This document shows positions 55,143 to 64,000 of a DNA stretch of 64,000 nt, piece after piece. Every line of letters starts with the position of its first letter. The stretch's first letter is position 1. Origin of the DNA: Paraspadella gotoi (taxonomy: Eukaryota > Animalia > Chaetognatha); contig CM119269.1 in assembly GCA_051294375.1 (NCBI GenBank), forward strand, positions 4,683,098-4,747,097, given 5' to 3'. A program made the translations under genes and the position numbers. Below the pieces are notes generated by a model. That model was not told where the DNA came from, made no database searches, and was given only the letters and a program-made list of their open reading frames with translations.

Positions 55143-56190
55143 CTATGAAATAAAAATCGTTGTTAAATCTCTCTTCAAACTTTGTTCTAAAAAACGAATT
55201 ATAATTTGTTACATAACTTTTTATGGGGCTATCTGAATATTTTTTCATTGCTTATTCATTGATAAATATTTAAATAATTTAATTTAGACTGTGCTTCACT
55301 AGTTAAAAAAAATGATAGTAATATTGATTAAGTATATGATGGACAAATGTATTTGATATTACAAAACTCTTAATGTAAAAAGTGATAAATTTTTTGCCCG
55401 CCTATCGTTCGGTCGGTCCGTCACTCAAAGTCGCCTGACAACTTCATTTCCAGTCAAAAGCAGTATGCGACTTAAAATGAACCACCAATTGAAGTTGTTT
55501 TTTTTTTTTTAAATTTCGACCAGTTACGCGTCATAGAAGCAAAGACAGCAGCAATAAAAAACACGTCCTCTCGAGAAAGTTTTCGGTCTTCCTAATTTAT
55601 TTCTAACTTTCTTTAATTCATGATAAATTGATAAGTCATGAAGAAATTTTTTGTTCGATTTCAATTGAGACAAAATAAGAATTATAAAACGGAAACATTG
55701 CGAAAACACCATTTGCAGAATTACGGAGTTAAAAAATTAAGCTAAATCGTAATACGTAATACTAATTATAACCCGTGAGCCAAATTCACTGACACGAAAC
55801 AAATCATTGTTAGGTTTACTGCATCGAGATAAACGTAATCCTGTTTTGTTTTTTTTTTTTTTTTTGATAGATAAAAGATGCTGGATATTCTTTCTGATAA
55901 AAATTTTATTCAAAAAGATATAGTATATTAATAACTTAAAATAATTTGTTTTATATATTTTGGGCTTTATTGACCTTTATTGACAATGACAGGTCCAAAA
56001 ACGCAATCACTTTCTAAGTATTGAGAGAGAGACGTTAGGAGATCTGTTATCGAAAATCCGCGGCCGAAATTGAACCAAAATATTTTGAAGTAACAGGAAT
56101 GACGCTTCGAGGTTCGGTCACAGAAAAGGAAAAAAAAGCGAAAAGTTATGTATGTAGTCGGGCATTGCCAAGGTTTACCCCTTCAGTTGT

Positions 56191-56420
56191 GACCAGGTGG
56201 CTCATTGAGTAAAGCCATCATCTCATGACCACAAGGTACCTGTTTCAATCCCAACCTGGTACCTACCCTGCGGGAAGAGTGAGGACGGCCGTAAGCCGCC
56301 TCGGGGGCGTGGCAAGCCCTCAAGCCTGGTTCCAAGCCCAGGACCCGTTCCATGTCTGCGAGAGCGGGTTATAGAAGTTATGGATAGTCATCTTCTGCCC
56401 ACTTAGCGCCAATATCCACA
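56191..56420 (+). mobile_element. tRNA-derived SINE
   Basis: Head 56191-56261 has an acceptor-like stem GACCAGG/CCTGGTA, A-box TGGCTCATTGAG and B-box GTTTCAATCCC, followed by a GC-rich hairpin body. Inverted copy at ~62265-62488. Confidence 0.65.
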
Positions 56421-56764
56421 TGTTCGGTTTTAAAGGTAAATAAATGAAATTAAGTGTCTGGTCACAAATTATCATTCGATTTCGATGCCAATTGTACGAC
56501 TTTTTATAAGAAAGAAACTTTGGTGGATTCATTATCAAAGTTTTAATATTAATTTGTTTACAAAAAAAATCATTCCATATAAGAAGCGTTAAATAATTCA
56601 TTTATTATTCGCTCATTCATTATTAATATAATGTGATTTGTTATTTATTGCTTTCCCCTTAGTTATCAAGAGCTATTAATTATCATAAGATAGGTATTGC
56701 GTTTTATAAGTTAACGATTTGTTAGTGGTGACTGTTCTTTGTTGTATTCCTCTTCTATCTGGTA

Positions 56765-57222
56765 CAGTGTAGGCGTGAAAAAAAAACGGTTAATTTTAAA
56801 AATTTTAATTATTGGTTAAAATGCTAAAATTTAACTGGTTAACCGTTAAAACCGTTAAAAACGGTTAATTTGCCAATCATTTTAATGATAAAAATAAGTA
56901 ACAAAAAATATTTTTTTATTTTCAATAAAAATGAATTAACGTTTTTTTTTCTAATTAAAATAAATTCATAGTTTGAAATTAAAAATTATTTTTCACTTTT
57001 AATACTTACATATATAATCTAAAATAAGGGAAAAAAGTTTTGAGAAATAGTTGACAGCCTTGCAAAGGAAAACCATAGTACTTAAAACAAATAAAAGTTT
57101 AAATTAGTAAATTTTAAAATTAACAGGTTAATTTTACCAAATTAACCGATAGGTTAAAATCATTTTTAATCGGTGATTAACGGTTAACCGTTAATCGATT
57201 AAAACGCCTCGTCCCACCCCTG
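56765..57222. mobile_element. hAT-like MITE with subterminal AACCG/TAACCGTTAA arrays
   Basis: Ends CAGTGTAGGC ... GTCCCACCCCTG (imperfect TIR); clustered (T)AACCG/CGGTT motifs near both ends; no clear 8-bp TSD. Inverted copy at 61464-61923. Confidence 0.5.
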
Positions 57223-57493
57223 TAAATAGCGTTAGAGCATCCCTGTCGGATAAAAAACAGATTCTGGTAGAAATAAATAAAAAATATTATTACAAGATTT
57301 TCTTTCGTTTGTCTTAACATTTTTTTTCTCTTTTAACTTTTTCTTTTTTTTTCCTTTTTCTTTTTTTCCTTTTTCTCTTTTCCCTCCTTTTCCTTTCCTT
57401 TTCTCCGCCAGCGGTTTTTCTTATTTCACAGTCAATTTGATGCTTCGGCGGCGGAATTTGGAAGCCAAAAAGAAGGTCGCGATCGAGAGGAGG

Positions 57494-57578
<85 letters not shown>

Positions 57579-57895
57579 TATGAAAAGATGAAAACGGAGA
57601 AACATATTAGAAGATTAGTAGATTAGAAATGCGAACAGATTTTCATTCAAAATAATATTGTTATGTATCTTTTCAGGAGCGGATGAACCCGTCAAAACAT
57701 ATGAAGAATCCTAACTGAATGCGACTGTCGCTCGCTCGTCTTTTGATAGTCTTTTTTTTTGGGGGGGGGGGGGGGGTTGGCAGAAGGAGGTTTTTCGTTG
57801 CACAAGAGAATCGTTTTAAGGTATGGAAAAAAAAGATGTTTTGTTCCTTAGAGAAAAAAACGATCCAGTTCCGTTGACGATCTGGGCGTTTAGAA

Positions 57896-57971
<76 letters not shown>

Positions 57972-58119
57972 CAATGATATTAACATTATCATTATCATTA
58001 CATCTTATAGAAAACAATAGCACAACAAGGGAATAAAATTCTATTTTTATTTTATTTATTTTTATTTTTATATCTAATTCTATTCTAAATTAAATTTCCA
58101 GTTTTATAAAGAAACATAA

Positions 58120-58166
58120 ATTTCTGACATGTTTCAGCTTCATTGTAAGCTTTCATCAGCGCAAAA
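58120..58166 (-). ncRNA. Hammerhead ribozyme, duplicated copy of 54552-54598
   Basis: Plus strand CTGACATGTTTCAGCTTCATTGTAAGCTTTCATCAGCGC is the exact reverse complement of the 54552 motif. Confidence 0.72.
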
Positions 58167-61100
58167 ACGAATTGATTTGTAAAACAAATATTTTTAGACT
58201 CTTTTTCTCTCCCTTTTTTTTCTTTTTTTCTCTCTTCAAACTTTTTTTTCTGAAATAAAAACGAGAAACAACAATTTAATGCATTCGGTGAATTGAAAGT
58301 TAAGCGATTGTATGGTAATTGGCCAACATTTAATGTTAGATACAAAGACTCGCGAATCGTGATATCTGAGTTCGAACTTTATATCATCACAAGGATTTAT
58401 CGTTTGGATCATTTCGTCATTCGTGCTTTAGTTTATTCATTGGTTTTAGAGTTTATACTGAATTTTGTAATTCTTTTGAGTGTTTAAATAATAATTTTGA
58501 TAATTCTTCGAATATTCTCGGGGCGTTTTAGGAGGAGGACGGACCGGCGGGTCCTAACAAACCGACAGCAAAATCTCGGTCGGCGAATGTAAAAATAAGC
58601 CAAAGTTTATTAAAAAAGCCTCAAAATTCGGATAATCATAATGAATTTACTTTTTTTTTAAGATTATTTTAGCCTTATTTAATTATCCATAACTTTCGAC
58701 GAGAATTAGGTCCGAATTCAATGTAAAATTGGTCCGAAGGTAATAAAAAATACGCGACGAATACAAAATGAAGTGTTTTTCTTTATTTTTTCCTGGACAG
58801 AGAAAGAAAAGACAATAATTTAATATGTTCGTGAGAAACAGAAAATTCGCTGTGGCGAGAGTTGTTTTCGGTCTCTTTTCCTTTCCAGAACTAACAGAGT
58901 CTGAGTCATGAACGAGAAGTAGAGAGAGAAAACTGAATGTTAAGCAGAAGAAGCAGATGAAGAAGGAGAAGAGAAAGAAAAGTAAATGTTAAGCAGAAGG
59001 AGACGAAGAAAAGAGAAAAAGAGCCGTGAATTGTTGTCGATTTACGAGGGGGCAGACAAAAAGCAAATAGTGTTTGTTAATGTTATTATTATTTATAATT
59101 GGAATTAGATAATTGTTAGAAAGATAATTTTTTAGAAAGAAAAGGCAATTAAACGTAGGGCATCAACGGTGTTTCATTATAGAGTAGGGTGGAGTGATGA
59201 AAGATTGAGCAATTTAACATAATTTTTTTTGCTGCTTGTAATGTGTATTTATGTATTTAAATATATTAGTGTATATTGTGTATTTTCGGAAAGATGCTGA
59301 TAAGCTTTGATGGTAAGTTATTGAGTTCTGTGGTCTCGGTTTATTAGAAGGTGAGCGTTTCCCCTTTGAAATGTAATGGAAAGCTGCTGGAAGAAGTGTT
59401 TACTAAAGCATAATAAAAATTTTAAATTCAACTTATATAAAAAAAAACCCTATATTTTTATGCTGAAAATTAAAATTTTATATATTAAATATAGTTTTTT
59501 TAAATTTTTATGGATAGTACTATATATAAATATAGCCTACTGCGAAAATTGAAGAACATAAAATTATTTTTTTTTTTTACAAATTAATGTTCATTGGTGG
59601 TATGTCGTTCCTAATTGACATTTAAAATTTTCATATGTATATACCACGTTAGCTAAATCCACTGACATGAAGTAAAAATTAATGATATGTTGATCTACCA
59701 CCTACAATTCTTCACCTTCTCCTCACTTTTATTATTATTATTTTCGTCTTCTACACTACCATCCATTAAGAGGATATTATCATACCATATAACACAAAAT
59801 TCATTGGTTTTGAAATGCTAAAAACATTTATTAAAATGGGTTTAAAAATGCTTAAAATGCTTCCGAACATGTTGGTATGAACTCGGTATCGCTCGAAAAA
59901 ATTCTCTCTCTTCAGGCAAAACATTTTTTTATCATAAGATGATTCGGTTTCTTACCCAGACAAAGTTTTAATACCACAAATAACCCTGATTTCTGTTTCA
60001 CGACTTCTTTAGTGACAACTTACTATAAAAAAATTGATATGTCAGGTTCCCAGGCGCAACATAAATAAATGTCAGTTCCTTCTTTTCCTGGAAAACTTGG
60101 AAACTGTGGAAACTTCAGAAACAACCGTGTTACTCACCTCTGCTTGATATGATTCTTTTTGTAATAAAAAATTAATGCAGTTGATATTTTGCTGTATGGG
60201 TTACAGTATTATATTTAAATTACTTATCTTTTAAAATTAAACTATTAGCCACTCCTAATTTTTTTACTTTTTTAGGATAAACTTGCGCCAATGTCAGCCC
60301 ATACGGATATGCAATTATGCATCATCCCTTTAGCCCAGATTTTTGATGCTTTGGTTGGGTTAAGTCAATCCGCTTAAATTGCTTGCGTGAAGGCTGCAGA
60401 TTGCAGAATCAATTTCTTAGAAAGTGATTGCGTTTTTGGACCAGTCATTGTCAATAAAGGTCAATAAAGCCCAAAATATATAAAACAAATTATTTTAAGT
60501 TATTAATATACTATATCTTTTTGAATAAAATTTTTACAGAAAGAATATCCAGCATTCTTTTATCTATCAAAAAAAAAAAAAAAAAAAAAAAAAAAAGATT
60601 ACGTTTATCTCGATGCAGTAAACCTAACAATGATTTGTTTCGTGTCAGTGAATTTGGCTCACGGGTTATAATTAGTATTACGTATTACGTATGACGATTA
60701 GCTTAATTTTTTAAACTCCGTAATTCTGCAAATGGTGTTTTCGCAATGTTTCCGTTTTATAATTCTTATTTTGTCTCAATTGAAATCGAACAAAAATTTT
60801 CTTCATGACTTATCAATTTATCATGAATTAAAGAAGTTAGAAATAAATTAGGAAGACCGAAAACTTTCTCGAGAGGACGTGTTTTTTTATTGCTGCTGTC
60901 TTTGCTTCTATGACGCGTAACTGGTCGAAATTTAAAAAAAAAAACAACTTCAATTGGTGGTTCATTTTAAGTCGCATACTGCTTTTGACTGGAAATGAAG
61001 TTGTCAGGCGACTTTGATGACGGACCGACCGAACGATAGGCGGGCAAAAATTTATCACTTTTTAATCATTAAGAGTTTTGTAATATCAAATACATTTGTC

Positions 61101-62881
61101 CATCATATACTTAATCAATATTAACTATCATTTTTTTAAACTAGTGAAGCACAGTCTAACATTAAATTATTTAAATATTTATCAATGAATAAGCAATGAA
61201 AAAATATTCAGATAGCCCATAAAAAGTTAATGTACACAAAATTATAATTCGTTTTTTAATATTTTGATGATAAGTGGGTTAAATAAGGGAAAAACCCTTA
61301 AAAATCATCATCATTATCATCATCATATATATGTACCACAAGTTTTAGTTTTGCTAATTTTAACTTATAAAACAAAAAAATGTGAAAAATCTTGTAATAA
61401 TATTTTTTATTTATTTCTACCAGAATCTGTTTTTTATCCGACAGGGATGCTCTAACGCTATTTACAGGGGTGGGACGAGGCGTTTTAATCGATTAACGGT
61501 TAACCGTTAATCACCGATTAAAAATGATTTTAACTCTATCGGTTAATTTGGTAAAAATTAACCTGTTAATTTTAAAATTTACTAATTTAAACTTTTATTT
61601 GTTTTAAGTACTATGGTTTTCCTTTGCAAGGCTGTCACTATTTCTCAAAACTTTTTTCCCTTATTTTAGATTATATATGTAAGTATTAAAAGTGAAAAAT
61701 AATTTTTAATTTCAAACTATGAATTTATTTTAATTAGAAAAAAAAACGTTAATTCATTTTTATTGAAAATAAAAAAAATATTTTTTGTTACTTATTTTTA
61801 TCATTAAAATGATTGGCAAATTAACCGTTTTTAACGGTTTTAACGGTTAACCAGTTAAATTTTAGCATTTTTAACCAATAATTAAAATTTTTAAAATTAA
61901 CCGTTTTTTTAACGCCTACACTGTACCAGATAGAAGAGGAATACAACAAAGAACAGTCACCACTAACAAATCGTTAACTTATAAAACGCAATACCTATCT
62001 TATGATAATTAATAGCTCTTGATAACTACGGTGAAAGCAATAAATAACAAATCAGAAGAGATTAATAATGAATGAGCGAATAATAAATGAATTATTTAAC
62101 GCTTCTTATATGGAATGATTTTTTTTGTAAACAAATTAATATTAAAACTTTGATAATGAATCCACCAAAGTTTCTTTCTTATAAAAAGTCGTACAATTGG
62201 CATCGAAATCGAATGATAATTGGTGACCAGACACTTAATTTCATTTATTTACCATTAAAACAGAACATGTTGATATTGGCGCTAAGTGGGCAGAAGATGA
62301 CTATCCATAACTTCTATAACTCGCTCTAGCAGACATGGAACGGGTCCTGGGCTTGGAACCAGGCTTGAGGGTTTGCCAGGTCCCCAAGGCGGCTTACGGC
62401 GTCCTCACCTTCCCGCAGGTAGGTACCAGTTGGATTGAAACAGTACCTCGTGGTCATGACTGATGGCTTACTCATGAGCCACCGGTCACAACTGAAAGAG
62501 TCATGCTGTAGGTGACGTCAAAAGAGTGCAGAAATTTTGTTACTTTTGAAAACATGGCTCAATTAATTTAATAAGCCATTTTATTTTTTTCCATCGATAG
62601 CTCAAAATTGCAAAAGACTTTAATTCTTGATAAAGATAGAGTAAACACCATCCGTTTACTTATTTCAATAGATTTAAAGTCACACTCGATTTGGTCAACA
62701 ACTTTCGAAGTATGTATCATGTTACTTATAGGCGGTGTAAACCTTGCAATGCCCGACTACATACATAACTTTTCGCTTTTTTTCCTTTTCTGTGACCGAA
62801 CCTCGAAGCGTCATTCCTGTTACTTCAAAATATTTTGGTTCAATTTCGGCCGCGGATTTTCGATAACAGATCTCCTAACGT

Positions 62882-62957
<76 letters not shown>

Positions 62958-63265
62958 AAACGCCAGATCGTCAACGGAACTGGATCGTTTTTTTCTCTAA
63001 GGAACAAAACATCTTTTTTTTCCATACCTTAAAACGATTCTCTTGTGCAACGAAAAACCTCCTTCTGCCAACCCCCTCCCCCCCCCCCAAAAAAAAAGAC
63101 TATCAAAAGACGAGCGAGCGACAGTCGCATTCAGTTAGGATCTTCATATTTTTTGACGGGTTCATCCGCTCCTGAAAAGATACATAACAATATTATTTTG
63201 AATGAAAATCTGTTCGCATTTCTAATCTACTAATCTTCTAATATGTTCTCCGTTTTCATCTTTCA

Positions 63266-63349
<84 letters not shown>

Positions 63350-64000
63350 CCTCCTCTCGATCGCGACCTTCTTTTTGGCTTCCAAATTCCGCCGCCGAAG
63401 CATCAAATTGACTGTGAAATAAGAAAAACCGCTGGCGGAGAAAAGGAAAGGAAAAGGAGGGAAAAGAGAAAAAGGAAAAAAAGAAAAAGGAAAAAAAAAA
63501 AGAAAAAGTTAAAAGAGAAAAAAAATGTTAAGACAAACGAAATGGAAATTTAATTTAGAATAGAATTAGATATAAAAATAAAAATAAATAAAATAAAAAT
63601 AGAATTTTATTCCCTTGTTGTGCTATTGTTTTCTATAAGATGTAATGATAATGATAATGTTAATATCATTGTAAAAGTGCTTTTAGATAAAAAAAACAAA
63701 AAAAAACAAACAAACAACAAAAAAAAAAAAAAAAAAAGANNNNNNNNNNNNNNNNNNNNNNNNNCAACTAGTGAATCGGGTGATCACTGATCAGGCTGGT
63801 GAAACAGGCAGTAAAGGATGCTAACAGAAAAGAGAAACAAGCAGTGAAGGGGGCGAACATACAGTGAAGGTGGAACGAAATGGTGAGACAAAAAGAATTG
63901 GTTGAAGAAAAAAGGGAGTGAAAAAGTCGGAGAATTTGAGAGGCAAATCTCCAACCTTAATTTCACGACGTTATTCGTAGCTTTCGTCTTTGCTCCCTGA

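Larger units (their letters stand above)
54774..55187. mobile_element. Penelope-like element fragment with inverted hammerhead-bearing arms and a 13-bp TSD
   Basis: Flanked by TAAAAAACGAATT at 54761-54773 and 55188-55200; arms ~54811-54940 and ~55064-55190 are inverted; T-rich left end; empty site at 61246-61258. Confidence 0.75.
52314..63672. repeat. Blockwise inverted duplication (~5.8 kb per half)
   Basis: 52314-54620 vs 58100-60408; 54650-56020 vs 60414-61365; 56025-57297 vs 61390-62890; 57304-57960 vs 62890-63542; 57969-58100 vs 63543-63672. Each pair is a near-identical reverse complement. Confidence 0.92.

Noticed and set aside
56191-56262. Functional tRNA gene
   Set aside because: Anticodon and T arms pair poorly, and it runs into a SINE-like body without a Pol III terminator.

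Overview
Eukaryotic DNA, probably an invertebrate metazoan. It has short GT-AG introns, abundant (AG)n/(GAC)n microsatellites and several N gaps. Genes: the 3' ~1500 codons of ECM29 (minus strand, 84-5651); TMEM104; a BTB/POZ + C2H2 zinc-finger gene; and an unrecognised Q/P-rich gene. The main observation is that DNA blocks repeatedly occur in reversed order but unchanged orientation. The BTB-ZF gene lies in three plus-strand pieces ordered 3-2-1 (51677-52187, 47126-47528, 34823-36445) and TMEM104 in two pieces ordered 2-1 (48816-51224, 39048-40575). All splice phases match and give intact ~607-aa and ~514-aa proteins. The same pattern appears in two duplicated non-coding regions (~7.9-22.1 kb and ~52.3-63.7 kb). 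An assembly or merging artefact is the leading explanation, but a real rearrangement cannot be excluded from sequence alone. The window also has Penelope-type minimal hammerhead ribozymes (one insertion with a 13-bp TSD plus its empty site), a tRNA-derived SINE with a twister-like loop, HINE/DINE-like elements and MITEs. All alignments and translations were done by eye.
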